Of a stretch of DNA of 64,000 bases, positions 23,124 through 36,117 are shown one piece after another. Below the pieces are notes generated by a model. That model saw only the letters and a program-made list of their open reading frames with translations, ran no database searches and was not told where the DNA came from. The stretch is from Perkinsela sp. CCAP 1560/9 (Eukaryota; Protista; Euglenozoa: Kinetoplastea). The position numbers were made by a program, and so were the translations under genes. The stretch lies in assembly GCA_965644495.1 (NCBI GenBank), contig CBFFSA010000001.1, positions 1,798,001 through 1,862,000 on the forward strand, written 5' to 3'. Position 1 is the stretch's first letter. The number at the start of each line of letters is the position of its first letter.

Positions 23124-25495
23124 CATACCTTCCGGGCTAAGTTAGCCACTTACACAATGAGCGTGTAAGTGGGATCTTACACGCGTGTAAGTTAGCCACT
23201 TACACACTTTACACAGAGTATGAAATATTATTTGTCCACCTTTTGGATTTTTGAACCAATGACGTTTTTGGTCGGCGCGTGTACCGTCAATGAGATGGCA
23301 GTGCCTGGTAAGTCCGAGAGCTTTCGGAGAAGGCAGCTTTACAGAAACAATATTTTTTTTTTATTTTGAGTAGTTTTCCTACTCTTATCCCCCTGTATAC
23401 ACAGGGGTAGTATAGGTTTATAAAATATGTAAATAATTTCCCATTTTTTACAATAGGAAAAACAATGCGAATGAGAAGAACGGACGGAAAAACCCACGTA
23501 AAATGAGAAAACAAAAGTATACTTTATCGTAATTAGCATCTGAGGATATAAAAATGCTTAAATTCAAAACATTACATGCAATTATAACGAATATTTTTTT
23601 TGGTGTACACCCCCTAGGCCCACCGGAAGCCTACCCTCCCCCCCGCCCTATCTTATCTTGAAATATATTATCTTGAAATTTTCATTTTCAAAACATACAA
23701 TGAAATATACGACGCATTGTAGAATCACTTAAAGTTACGAATCAATAATATTATCGGTTTCAACTTCAGAATGCGAACTCTCAGATGTGCACGTGTTATC
23801 TTCAGTATAGTAGCTACTGGTTTCTCCCTTTTGCGTATTGCACTGCTCAATAGGTTTTATCGACTTATCCAAAGAAGGTAAATATGACATGTTTCCTCGT
23901 AAAAACATTTGATTTGCGACTGTACATGTTCCAATACTGGCTTGTCGACTACTGTACTTGTTACTTAACACTGAAAGCCACGAATCGCATTGCGTTACTA
24001 CAGAAGGAAGCCGAATCCAATGTTTCGCTGCCCGATACACTTCCGGAAACATTGTCCGCCCGATGTCCTCCAACCACACGTGCTCGTTCGTGTGCTTGAC
24101 GGGACTTATGTGATAATTAGCGGCGGTAACAAAAGCATTCCAAGCAATCTCAGTAATACCGAACAAATCTTCACTCTCATCTCGGCAAAATAGGTTGTTG
24201 GCGCGATGCACTGATATGGGACTAGCGCCCCTACGCGCAAATAAGTCACTATGCATATAGGAGAGAACTACATAACGTCCTGCCAAATCTTCATGTCGTG
24301 GTTTCTTTCGAGCCGGCTCCAATTTCGTTCAATGGCATCACTCAACCCAGATGGGGCATTAGGAGAAGCAGCAGTCTCACGAAGCCGTTCGAACATTGGA
24401 AAAACGCGTGTCGCAGTTGGTACCCGCTTTGAGTCAGAAAAACGGCGAAGGGCTGTGTGCAATTCCTTGCATTCGCTTAAAAACAACTTTCCTTCCTCTT
24501 GCAACTCTTCATGACCGTGAACCCGAATCAGTCGAGCACATTCCGCAACCGATTTAGATACGCGTTCGTTTTCTAGTTCTCGGTGCAGGTATTCCATAAC
24601 AGTGCGCATTTCTTTAACAAGAAAAGAGATAGAAACAAATTTGTCCAGCACCCACCGAGTGACGCCACCTAGTTTCGGGGTTTCTACGGCCCTATTGGCT
24701 CGTGAAATGTTCAAAGCTTCGGAAATCTGAGCTCCGTGTTTAATAAGAATTTCGTGCTTTTCCTTCGTATTATCTGGATTATTAAGTTCACTTAATAGTA
24801 AATCCGCGCTCTCTCCCACAACGGGCTTCAGGACGTAAAGTGCTTCCCGAATTCGGGATTCGAGAATAAGTATCCAAGAATTGGGCGCGTCTTCCATTCC
24901 GAGGGCCCCATATGATTGCATGAAAAAAATTTCAGCGTCGACTACTCGCTTCTCAAACTTCGCAAGCTGGACGCCTAAGGCCCTGTACTTGCCTTGCTTT
25001 GCACTAGTTTGTGCTCCGGAGTAGAATGCATTGCAGAAGGAACGCTTAAGTCGAAAAATGGGCTTGTTTTCGTTATCCTTTAATGTCTGTTTCGCAATGT
25101 TGTTAAGCACGTGTCCTACGCAGCTCAACAAAGTTATCTTAGGCAGCCTCTCTCGTACCCCGAGTTGAATGTTGATGCGATCGGTGGAACCGATGTCTTG
25201 AATTCTCCCATAAAACTCAGCTAAATTCCCCATGTATTCTTCGCATTCAAAGTGAATTCGTCTGTGTGTGTCCGCGTCTGCTTACGCGAGATCGCTTTCC
25301 CATAAAGCAAAAAGAGAAATGAAAGTCAGGAAAGAATGTAATCAGATGAAACACTATATTAAATTTGACTAGTTTCGTTTGGTAAGTACATATAATTATT
25401 TTTTTACTGTACACCTGTTACGAAACGGGTTACCAAAAAAGTGTGTAAGTGGCTAACTTACACGTGTACGTACACACATACACGCGGAAGGTATG
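23124..25495 (-). mobile_element. hAT-like DNA transposon
   Basis: TIR CATACCTTCCG/CGGAAGGTATG, inverted subterminal taagttagccacttacac repeats, and internal hAT transposase motifs. Confidence 0.75.
23735..25233 (-). pseudogene. Frameshifted, 5'-truncated hAT-like transposase (ORFs 24268-25233 and 23735-24322)
   Basis: CVGHVLNN (CxxH motif), VTRW, and a C-terminal dimerisation-like block W...FPEVYRAAKHWIRLPSVVTQCDSWLS...RQASI...QMFLRGN. Confidence 0.75.
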
Positions 25496-25813
25496 TAATT
25501 AGTACTACATACTAGTAATATTATAATTTTTCAAAATACTATATACAAAAATCTATAATTTTTTGAAGGATTTTTGGCGGGTTTGGATGATTTTTTCCCT
25601 CAAAAACGAGTCCTGGTAGCTTCTTTTTTTCCTTTGGTGGAAAATGCACAATCAAAAAAACTGAAAACTAAGTTTTCTGACGCGAAACATAAGAAAGTTG
25701 ATTAAGCCTGTCATAAATTGACATTGTACTTGGTGCCAATCGTGCTAAAAGAGAACATCAAAATGTTTTTGAGCACTTTTTCCTGTTATAGATTTTTATA
25801 GATTATAATACTA

Positions 25814-26564
25814 CAGTGGTTTCAGTTGATCTTGCCCCCCCCCCTCGGAATTTTGATTTTTTTTATCCGTTTTTGCTTATCTTTGCAGCATTGGAGAGAT
25901 CTCGTTCCCCTAGCGAAGGGCTTTGCCGCCTGTTTTTCATAGAGACCCCCTGGGTCCCCCTGGGTCCAAAAAACACTGTTTTTACGGAGTTTTTCTGTGT
26001 ACACAACTATTTTTTGCCACATTTTCCCGATTTTCTGCATATTTTGCACTTGTAAGTACGAGTGATAGCGTTCTAAATTGATAATTTGAAAGCTCTATGT
26101 CTAGTACCCTCTCTATTGCCTAGTTCAATTTAGTCAACACCTCTACATTATGAAGATCAGACCCTCATACCCCAAACAGGGGGAGTACGTCGAACAAAGT
26201 AATGACAAAAGAGAAGACAACTCCACAATGTGTGCGACACAATTGAATTCGATCCCAAATAGACTTCGAAGCGTGTTGCAAAACAATGGAAGCCATTCCG
26301 GATACTAGTTCTTTGCCTTCAGAGTTAACTTTTGGACAGAAAATCCGTTTTTTGCTCTATTTTTCATTGGTAAAAAAATATCATTTGTTTTTATTTTGGT
26401 CAACTTTCGGGTCACTCAGGGGGCACCAGGGGGTCTCTATGAAAAACGGGCGGCAAAGCCCTTCGCTAGGGGAACGAGATCTCTCCAATGCTGCAAAGAT
26501 GAGCAAAATCGGATAAAAAAAATCAAAAATCCGAGGGGGGGGGCAAGATCAACTGAAACCACTG
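25814..26564. mobile_element. Tc1/mariner-type MITE with long TIRs
   Basis: ~150-bp TIRs beginning CAGTGGTTTCAGTTGATCTTGCCCCCCC, with TA on both flanks. Confidence 0.9.
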
Positions 26565-27329
26565 TATACAGTATGTATAGTACTATAATTTTTTTTCAAA
26601 TACTATAAATATACATATGATATATTTTCATACCCCTGATAGAAATTCTAAATTAGAATTCAGACGCTTCCTGCAACACTTCAGCACGTTCAATTTGATG
26701 AGACGTGGATGAAGAAAACAACGGAGGAAGAATAATTGTAAACCCAATAGAGGCCACAGTCGCGCCCTCTAATCCTCTTCATTTACCCCGTCCTCCCATG
26801 CGGGTGAATGTCAAAGTGCCCGTGCAGTCCCCAATTGTCCCCCACACTGCAAGCAATGCTCTTTCTCCACGTACGAAGAAGCACGGACGTCCTGCCGGCT
26901 CACTGGCTCCCCCACGTACAGTTCAAACAACAGATTTGAACGAAATCTGAGTTTGAGTTGAGGAAGTACGGAAGTTGGGGAAGTATGTATCGAAAGTAAG
27001 ATATGAAAGTCTTAAAGAGGATTTATCTTTCTTAAAGAAACGTTCGTTTCCAGATGAAACGGTTGTTTCACTACACTTTTTTTCTAAGAATGCAATCTGG
27101 AAAGAAGGCATCTGCGCTCGTTTGTTGGCGTTGAAGTTTGTAAGAAATGGAGTGGGAAGGGAGGTGTTACGAAGATGACAATGAAGAGATAGAAGATGAC
27201 TCTGAAGAAGAGAGTGAACATTCGAATGCGATTCAAGGTTTGTTGATATGATTTGGATGCTAAACGAAAAATAAACGAAAAAGAGCAAAAAGGTGGTACA
27301 AAGAGTAAAACTTTCGTATGGGTACAATA

Positions 27330-28740
27330 TAAGTAGTAGCCCACTGTCCCAAAGGTAACCTATGGGACCCTTAGGTACGTCGTACCTAAGGTACGTCTTC
27401 GAGCCGCCACACGAGGACGGAGCGTAGCGCTTCCAACTTTGAGACCCGGTAAAACCTTGAGAAGCATACACAAAGAGCTAATTCGGTCATGTTACACACG
27501 CCCAGCGGTGCAGGAGCAGCACGGCTCCCATCTTACACAGGAGGGACCAAACGTCGAGTCGCATGCCCCTGGATTCGGCGTTTGGTATGGGCGAGTCCGG
27601 AGGGGAGTCTGCGAGGAGCTTTCCATAACGGTGCATGTCCGGTCGGCATCTTACCGAACCTTTTACTTCCCTTTTCACGTATTGGGAAAGCCACGGTTCC
27701 GTGGGAAAATCGATGTCTGTTAGACACTGGTGAAGTTAGGCGCCGCAGCGAGGGTTGTCACGCGTCCCGATGAGACTGCGAAAGGCGTCACGAAGATCTT
27801 TGCCGTTTCGATCCCCTCGGGTGAGGGTGTCAGTCACGGGTATGACCGGGGCCTCAGCAAGTGACTCCATCTCTCCTTCGAGCCCGCAGAGCGCGTCCCT
27901 CAAGGCCACTAAAACGGCTAGAGGACGTTGGCTGCCGAGAACTCACATCAGAGTAGGTTCCTGTGCTCAACCCTTTCAGGTTCTGCCGGATGTTCAACTT
28001 TTGGCAACTTTCATCGTCATGGACCGTAATATCTTCATTTGGTTTCGTACTTCCGCATCACGTTTCTCAAACTCTTTCTGGAAATTTTCGTACGGTGGGA
28101 GGAAGCGGGGTGTGGTGTAAGCTCGCACTTGGCGGCGTGGAGATGTAATCCCCATTTTGGGCCCGATATCGTAATCACGTCCAGTGCGTGAAAGAATCTC
28201 GCGAAACATGATTAAAAGCGTTTTTGAGGTCGATCTATCGCACAGCACACAAAAAATCATCGCCCTGTGTGTGTTCGGCGAAGGTCTTCCGGTAGAGATG
28301 TATCACTCGTTCTGCACCCGCAGGTGTAGCTACACCATACTGGTGCCCTTTGAAGAGTTTGCGGGCATGTGCCCTAGTCGCGAGGCAGGCGACGTTCTTG
28401 CCAGGCGACGAAGGGTTTCACCAGCAGCACTCGGGCGTACGTCATGTTCATCTTTTTTCAACTTTCAATCTTTTGTGCACAATCGACCCCCCGCATAGCC
28501 TTGGACTTCTAACGGTACTTTTCCTGCGAGCATGGGATTGATGAATTTGGTGATTGTCCCCAGAGGGCCGATATACGCGCCATGAGGATACTGCGTGGCT
28601 ACCTGCAGATGTTCCGGTCGCAGACCAAGAGCCCCACCTGATGACCCTCGGTGAAAGGTGGAGAGAGCTTCGGCTACTCCCTCTTGAGTCGCTTCAAGCG
28701 GTTCAACATCCGGGATCAGGAGGTTTTGCGGTGAAGTTAA
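27330..28740 (-). pseudogene. CRE-clade non-LTR retrotransposon, RT and 3' part (decayed)
   Basis: Minus-strand frames give VAEALSTFHRGSSGGALGLRPEHL; KDEHDVRPSAAGETLRRLA; HQYGVATPAGAERVIH; IDLKNAFNHVSR. Two hairpins lie at 27347-27392. Confidence 0.85.
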
Positions 28741-28843
28741 AGCAAAATTCGCATTTTTGAAAAAAATAAGACAGAAAACCGCCCTTTTTTTTCATAATAA
28801 TACGTATTTTCATTTTTTCGTTTATTTTCCCGACTTTTTCTTA

Positions 28844-31349
28844 CAGGATCGTTCAGCATTTTTTGAACAATTCTTACAAGTGTATATATGTTTTATATAC
28901 CTGTATGTACCTCAAAAGATAGGCGCGAGCCTCCTCTAGAAAGGAAAAATATGATGACTTTGTCGCCAAGCGCGGTTCAGACACTAATATTTTTTTTGGT
29001 AATATTTGACGCCTTTCGTACAGATGAGCCGCTAGAAAACGTCTTGTTTTTAAAACTCTTCGAATCGTGAAAGAAAAGCTTGTCTTTACTCACACGTATT
29101 TGAATCATGCGTTCATATGTATTTGAAGCATCCGACAGAGTAAGAATTTGATACTATCAAATGCAAAACGTGTTTTGTTGTAGAATTGCCAAATTGCGTT
29201 TTTTTCTTTACTTTCTTGGAACATGCCATTGCAACTGGACGAGGAGTCCAGTTACTGTATTTCCCCTCGCTCTGATGCTAGCTCAATTTCAGATTTGAGC
29301 GTATCAACACCATCCTCACTCGGTGATGACCCGGATTGGACTTTGAGTGATTTCTCCGTGGATTCAAGCGATAACTCTCTTATTAGTGAAGATGAGTGGA
29401 GTGACGGGGAGGGCCTTGTAGCATATGGCCAATTAGCTTGTAACGTCGAACGCGGTGAAGATGAAAGTTTCTTAGATTTTATCTCACGAATAAAAGGGGA
29501 TGTTTCATCTCGCGCGAGCTCTATCCCATACGAGAAAATCTCACCCCAAAAAAATTATGATCTAGTGGTTGAAGAATTGATTGGCAATAGTCTTTCTTCT
29601 CAGCAACCAGAAGAAGAGGTTCTAAGAGCAGAACCTCCGGACGAGATCGAGTCGAGAACTCCAAATGTACAACCAAGTCACGACGAGGAAAAAATTCAAA
29701 CAGAAGTAACGGCGGATGAGGTGCGAAGCAAGAGGAACGTCGAACGTACTCTACGAAGACGTTTGCGCACACGATAGTTACGAAATGCTGTAAATCGTAA
29801 CTGCAAGCAAGAAACGCGGTATGATGAAATATGTGAGAGGGTAAACGCAAGCATGAAAAACAGTGAGTTCACTTGCAAAGAGGCTGAGATTCGATGCTCT
29901 CTGTTAGAAAACGAACTGAAGATAGTAAAGGAAGAAAGAGCACTTCTTGAAGTACGATTATATAAAATTGTTTCACAGGAGCGGCGTTTACCGGCACGCT
30001 GACCTTTGTTACATGTTTGCTTTGCCCCGTTCGACGTGCACTTATGTTCTGAAAAGTTCTAAGGCTGGAGAAAGACTTCAAAAAGTTCGACACGTGCGCC
30101 AGGTGCTAGAAAACTGGAAAAATTTTGAGCAGGCCAAAGGAATGCTATCGAGCGTAATGGCAGCCCATCCAACGCACCGTTCTCTTACCAGTCTGAGATG
30201 CGCCTTCGTAGAAATGAGCAACGGCCGACTGGTAATTCCACGTTTTCGATTACATGTTTTACTCTACTACGGTGGTTATTCTTTTAAGGCCAAAGTATCA
30301 AATCTGTCTCTCTCCCCAAAAAATGGACGCAAGAGTCGCTTTTTGTCAATCAATGTTAAAAGAGAACGAGGCAACCGAAGGCATATTTTTTAAGCGATTA
30401 ATATTTTCTGACGACTCCTGGATGGAAGCGGGGGACATGTCCAGAGGTGCTTGGCAAAGTCCGACTGACATTGCGTATAAGTCAAGGACGCATCATCCAA
30501 CGAAAGTAATGATTTGGGGTGCTATTGCGGGCGACGGACACGTTTTTTACCACTGGTGCGATTTCACCAAGTTTTACAAGGATGAAGCTTCGCGTGAATT
30601 GCTACCTGGGGAAAAGCGGAAAGAATTTCCTCAGGAATTAAAACTCGGATCGTTATATTACCGCAAGTCGATATTAGAGCCCCATTTTTTGCCTTACGCA
30701 GCCACTCATGAAAACATTATTCTTATGGAAGACGGTGCTCCCGCTCATCGGGCCATACTTACAAAAAAGTGGTGGAAAGATCGAAAGGCGATGAACTTGT
30801 CACGGTACGTGAGTACAACTGGAGAGTTAATGCTTCGCTGGCCGGCGGATTCCCCAGATCTTAATCCAATTGAGAACTTGTGGAACCAAACAAAGCAATT
30901 CAAGAACCGTAAATGCCCCATTTCTGCAGGTGAAATTAAGCGCGTATGTGAATCATATTTGGACTCCGTAGAAGCGAAGGAGTCGATAAAGAAGCTGCAT
31001 GTCTCCTTCAAAAAAAGACTCGAGTTGTGCATATTATATAAAGGAAAGAAGATTCCTTACTAAATACTGTATATGTACTAATGTTAAAATAAGTGATTTC
31101 TGGGAAAGGGGAGAAACTCAGTACTAAAAACTAAAGTTTATCGAAAAAATAATGATAAAATACTTGGTCAATTTTGCCTGAGATTGCCTTTTTGGACCGT
31201 TGTATCTTTTGGGTACAGGGGCCCATGTGCGTAGAAAATATTTTTCCCTATCGGCTTGTGTTCTAAACTAACGCATTTCGCACATTTTATTTGAATTCGA
31301 CATCATATGCAACCTGTGGAATTGTTCAACTTTGACATAAACGGCCCTG
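28844..31349 (+). mobile_element. Tc1/IS630-like transposon nested in the Kolobok-like element
   Basis: Imperfect TIRs (CAGG..CGTT...TTGAACAATTC, with an inner tgtacc.caaaagata block), TA on both flanks, and an internal transposase. Confidence 0.75.
29947..31063 (+). pseudogene. Tc1-like DDE transposase (frameshift near 30300; 46 aa between the second D and the E)
   Basis: FSDDSW, KVMIWGAI, MEDGAPAH and WPADSPDLNPIENLW. Confidence 0.88.
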
Positions 31350-31821
31350 TAGATTCCGACTTTTAATATTCTTCATCACATGCCCTGTAAAGGATGTAGT
31401 GGTTTCTCTTGCCGAGTAAATCTTACATTGAGCAAAATTTCTCTCTGGAGCGAATCAAAATGTAGTAGTGGTTAAGGAACCACAATTTGGTGGCGCAGAA
31501 GGTTATATGTTACAAGTCAGCGCACAAGGGGCCCTACACTATGCACGTCACTGGCGAGAAGTGGAGGTGTACTAAAAGGTGCAAGGGAATGTACGCCACC
31601 TTGGGACCACTCATACCAGGAAGGGAAAATGCAACGGCAGTCTACGATGCAATGGCGGCGATGTGATGCTGCGCATCTTAGAGAATCTGCAAGACCAGTG
31701 TCGTTGTATTCATTTGTAAGTCTTGTGTACGTATTTAAGTTGGAAGCTAGAAGCTGAAAGTTGTTTTTCTCTCCTTAAAATATGAAAAAAATTGAAATTT
31801 TTGAAAAATGCGAATTTTGCT

Positions 31822-32760
31822 TTAAGTTAACCGGTTTTGCACGTTGGAGGTGGATCGTCTGGGTGGGTGCTTAGACGGGAGCTTCGCGTAAGTCGCTTCA
31901 TCGTCAGGGGCAAGAGGTTCACTTGTTAGGGCAGCCCTCGGGCGAGAGAGCTCCCCGTCACGAACAAGCGTTCGTTCAGCGCGTAAGGTCGCTTTCTTTT
32001 CCTCTTCTTTCTTTTTTTTCTGCGCTTCAAGTGTGTTTTCGTGGATTGCCGTGGATAAGCGTCCACTACGCGTCTTGGCCCACTCTTGCCGGCAGCGGTC
32101 TGGGATGTCCTTACAAGTGTGTATGGGCAGAGCGCTGATCGACAATAAACGCGGAAGGGGTGGATCTATGACCTGGACGCTCTCCCCTTCCGTAGTTTGA
32201 TGCGCTGGGGCCGCGTTGGCCTCCGGCGCGATATTAGTGGTATTGAGAGAGGCCAAATTGAGAGTTGTATTCGCAGAGGTGGCGTTGTTGAGGGGGTTGT
32301 CGGTGGAATGTGAGGTGGTGAACGGCGGGACGTGCAGTTCTTGGCATGAGTGTCCCGCTTGCCTATTGTTGCAATCCCGCTTTTTGCAGTCGTTGCAAGA
32401 AAAGCGCCCCTCTTCCACCCACCAGGTATCCGAAACCTCGTCCCCATGCCTGTGGGCTACGTGGTTGTAGAATGCTTGCCAATGCCCCTCGTGAGACACC
32501 GTTTTCCATGCGCATCCCTGGTAGTTTCTCGGCGGTCATGGAATCGGAGTGCCCAGTTTTCGCCACCTGATGACGTTTGCGTTTCCCGACCGATGCGTTC
32601 AGGTTCCGTTCGTCGGGAGGCAATTCTCCCAACGAGCTGTCAACGCGTCCTGCTACTGCTTCGTCTTCGTTTTCTACAAGAGTGCAGGGTCTGGGGCAGT
32701 TCAGACTGGAGTCTGTGTTGTCACGGTCTTCGCTGTCGGGCGCGGACTCCGCACTCAGAT
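31822..32760 (-). pseudogene. CRE-clade non-LTR retrotransposon, N-terminal part
   Basis: Zn-finger-like H..RH...CNDC; KDIPDRCRQEWAK; LVRDGELSR..AALTSEPLAP....TYAKL.SKHPPR, the pre-RT block of CRE elements. The 5' boundary is approximate. Confidence 0.8.
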
Positions 32761-33516
32761 CAGCAGTAGCCCCGCACCAGGTACTCGGCTGGGAAAGAGG
32801 GCCGCTTCTTCTTTTTCCGTCCTTTGCAACATCCGACCACTGAGAAATTGAGACCTTGAGGTGTAAGATCCGGGAAGACTAGCTTATTTTTATCATAATC
32901 GTATTCGGTACGGCTTGACCTGTGGACATGGCGCTCGCACTTCCCCTTCACAGCCTTATTAGAAGTCTTCAATTGGCTGAGTGACGAGGGGTTGGTTCCT
33001 TCGAATTGAAACTCGTAACTCTCAGTCAGTCGGACGCTAGAGAAAGGTTCTTCTTCGGTGATAGTATCATGGTGCCCCGTATCCGGCGTCTCGCCTTCTA
33101 TAGAGTCCGTAATGTCGCAAGCGATCTTTTCAGCGTGTAGTGACAATTCCGATGAGGGGTCAGGCCGAAGTGGTGTTGTATATAAACTTTCCTCGTATGT
33201 GCTCACTCCCTGGACGAGATCTTTGCTAGCGTCAAATCGATTCCAGGAGCCTAGCTTATGCTCTTTCGCTTCACGCTCAAAATCAGCGAAACAAAAGGGA
33301 TGATTAAATAAAAAAGGGTGATCGAAGTTTTGGACGAACTGAACAAAAGGTTTTGAAAATTTTATAGCAAAAAGAAGTAAAAAAAAGTACCGTGACGCCC
33401 CCCTATACAAAGAGCTAAAAAGATTTCTACGATGGTCGAGAGTAGCATGATTGTGGGGCCTAATGTAAGAAAGTGGGGCTCATAAATGTGGGGCTGTAAT
33501 ATAGGGGTGTTGACTG

Positions 33517-33567
33517 AATTAAATGCGGCAATTAAATGCGGCAATTAAATGCGGCAATTAATTAAAT
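33517..33567. repeat. 13-bp tandem repeat (aattaaatgcggc)x3
   Basis: Read directly; lies about 25 bp upstream of the LRR ATG at 33593. Confidence 0.85.
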
Positions 33568-33592
33568 GGGAAGGTAATAGAATTATCAAAAA

Positions 33593-34462
33593 ATGATCTC
33601 TCGTTATTCATGCTTGGATGCTCCAGCAACATCCGTTAAATGTCGCACGGGGGATGAAAAAGAATCGTCATTGAAAGTGGCGACAACTGGTGTGAGAGTG
33701 AATACCTCAAAGGTGAGTGCTACGAACTTACCTCAAGAATACCAGTTAGCACGGCTAGTAGCTGACGTTAACAACTTACACAAATCATGGAGTACTGAAA
33801 CCCCAGCCTGTGAGTGGCATGGTGTTGAATGTAACGAAGATGAAGAAGTTATTTATATCACTTGGGAGGTTGCGCACATGTCAGGGTCTTTGAGGTTTAT
33901 GTATCTTCCCCGTACCCTGGAGTCGTTTCTGGTATATAATAATAATTTGTCAGGTTCGGTGCCACTGGATCAATTACCGTCGGGACTCGAGGAACTGAGT
34001 CTTTCGCACAATCGATTTGAAGGAGGAATAGATTTGACGTTGTTGCCTCCTGTAACAAAAGAACTCTATTTAGGCCGTAATCACTTTACGGGAAGCGTTT
34101 GCTTATCAAATCTTCCAGTTTCCCTGACCGGCCTGTACATCCAGGACAATCAACTTACCGAATCTATCGATTTGACCTCTCTACCACGCAACATGGTGAT
34201 GATGAACGTGGCTCGAAATCGGTTCTCCGGTAGGCTGCGTCTGGACCAGCTTCCGTCCAAAATAAGAACAATTGACCTGTCCGACAACCTGTTTTCAGGT
34301 CCGGTGGACTTGACGCATCTTCCCGCAAACATGGGAGACTTAATGTTGTGTAATAATATTGGTTTGCATGGCGTCGTACAGAGATTGAGCCTTCCGCCCA
34401 AGTTACAGGAGTTTTGGCTTCACATTCAGAATACGAAAATTACGATTTGTGATGTTGAGTAA
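33593..34462 (+). CDS. Short LRR protein (array family)
   Basis: 289-aa ORF with SKVSATNLPQEYQL, TPACEWHGVEC, LRR repeats and IQNTKI. Confidence 0.9.
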   Translation: MISRYSCLDAPATSVKCRTGDEKESSLKVATTGVRVNTSKVSATNLPQEYQLARLVADVNNLHKSWSTETPACEWHGVECNEDEEVIYITWEVAHMSGSLRFMYLPRTLESFLVYNNNLSGSVPLDQLPSGLEELSLSHNRFEGGIDLTLLPPVTKELYLGRNHFTGSVCLSNLPVSLTGLYIQDNQLTESIDLTSLPRNMVMMNVARNRFSGRLRLDQLPSKIRTIDLSDNLFSGPVDLTHLPANMGDLMLCNNIGLHGVVQRLSLPPKLQEFWLHIQNTKITICDVE

Positions 34463-35089
34463 TGACGGTGCATTTTGTCGGCAAGTTAGTTTTGAAAGGA
34501 AGTATACAGTATAAAGACGCATTTTAGGCATATCACTCAGAGGATTGAAGCAGGTGGGTGCGTCATGGTGCGGCTGAGTGGGGGGTGATTTTTTTTAGAT
34601 ATTTTACTGTACCCCTCTACTTAATTATCATAGCTCCCCCCCATAAGTTTACATACTATGTTGTTCTGAGAACTGTTCTTCGTTCTCAGAACGCCGATAA
34701 CTTTCTATGAGCCTAATTTACATGAAAAGTTTCTGCGAGCTTTGAAAAAATATTGTTTATCCTTATATTTTTTCTCAATGCCTAGATATTGGCAAACTCA
34801 CAATATTTTCATAATTTTTTTTTGTGTAATTTATACGGGCGTACATGTGCATTGGTACATTTCATATTTTTCGCCTCTTCTTTTGAATATCGTTTTATTA
34901 CACTACCTTTTTGCAATACATTCCTTGTGGACGCCTCCCAAAGATAGTGAGATAGTGGCATGTTCATAAGGACATGCAGACTCTGAAAAATTCGATCGAT
35001 TACGTCATTGGGTGCAGCACACCTTAAAGAAGGTGCTCCACATTTCTTTTAAAAGAGCGGAGAGAGATTTAGAGAGAATTTTTTGCTTT

Positions 35090-35579
35090 TCAAATTTGAG
35101 TGCAGGGAAGTGGTAGAGTAGGCTGCGGCGATAATTTTCCACCCCCCCCATGGGGGTACCCCCCCTGGTACGCGCACGATGGGTTCGACAAGGTCTAATT
35201 TTCCGAAATTTTTGGATGACTAAAAAAAAAAATTTTTTGACCCAAAAAAATGTAAAAATATTTTTTTTCCAAAATCGACTCCTAAAACGTGTTTGGAGAG
35301 TTTGGGACCCCAGCTACCATTCTACGACGTTTCTTTCGTCAGATTCGCCTCCTGCCCCTACTGGTAAAGCATTAAAAACGGCCGAAATTCGGGTTGAACT
35401 TTTCCATTTTTTGCTGAAAAATCGAGTTTTTCCCCCAAAAACGTAAATTATGCGTGATCTTTTCGCGATTTTTCTTTTTTACACTCTTCGTTAAACGCGG
35501 AGGTAGTTTTCAACGCGAAGCGCGCAGCATGAGTAACTTCTAAGTTGAAAACAACCACCGCGTTTAACGAAGAGCCTAA
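35090..35579 (-). mobile_element. Hairpin-terminated element, inverted truncated copy
   Basis: ggaagtggtagagta.gc.gcggcgataattttccaccccc matches 8200-8245; the fold-back is at 35481-35579. Confidence 0.75.
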
Positions 35580-35869
35580 TAAAGATAAAAAAAAATATAA
35601 TAACAGAACCTGCAGTACAATCACTCACTACATTTCACAGATCATCTCACAGGGCAAAGCTAAGGGACACTTAATTACGGGACACTTTTGACCAAAAAGG
35701 GGGTGTCCCTTAATTAAGGTGTCCCGTAATAAAGTTCCGCACTGTACGTCATGATCGCTCGCAGATATGACCTTCATACGTGAGGTGAACTCTTCGTTGC
35801 TCTCAACAGGGCTCATCATATAGAAAGGAGGATAATGTAAAAGAATTGTGCATGGGCGTATTGTTGTTT

Positions 35870-36078
35870 ATCATACGCTCTTTTGGTGCAAAAATAATCC
35901 CCTTAATGCGACGGCCGATATCATCGGCACATGATCCGCCTAAAACGGATGTCGCCAAGGGAGGTTCGACACGGACTCGGTCGGTAGAGGGGGTCCAGGC
36001 AACTCGCCCTCTCTTTACGCAGCCGGAGGGGCGCACTGCAAGCGACTCGGCCCCAGTCGGTAGAGGTGGTCCAGGCAA
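35870..36078 (-). repeat. Second, inverted partial copy of the structured sequence at 38325-38530
   Basis: Reverse-complement homology, including the three-way-junction units. Confidence 0.85.
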
Positions 36079-36117
36079 ATAATTGTACATTTAGGCAAAT
36101 AATTGTACTTAGGCAAA

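Larger units (their letters stand above)
28741..31821. mobile_element. TTAA-flanked TIR element with AG...CT termini (Kolobok-like, non-autonomous) inserted in the CRE element
   Basis: TTAA|AGCAAAATTCGCATTTTT...AAAAATGCGAATTTTGCT|TTAA. Removing it rejoins the CRE coding sequence. Confidence 0.8.

Noticed and set aside
32760-33410. 216-aa minus-strand ORF, plus ORFs at 18883-19428, 26705-27178 and 60560-60874
   Set aside because: No recognisable domain, non-ATG or uncertain starts, and located among decayed repeats; I cannot support them as genes.
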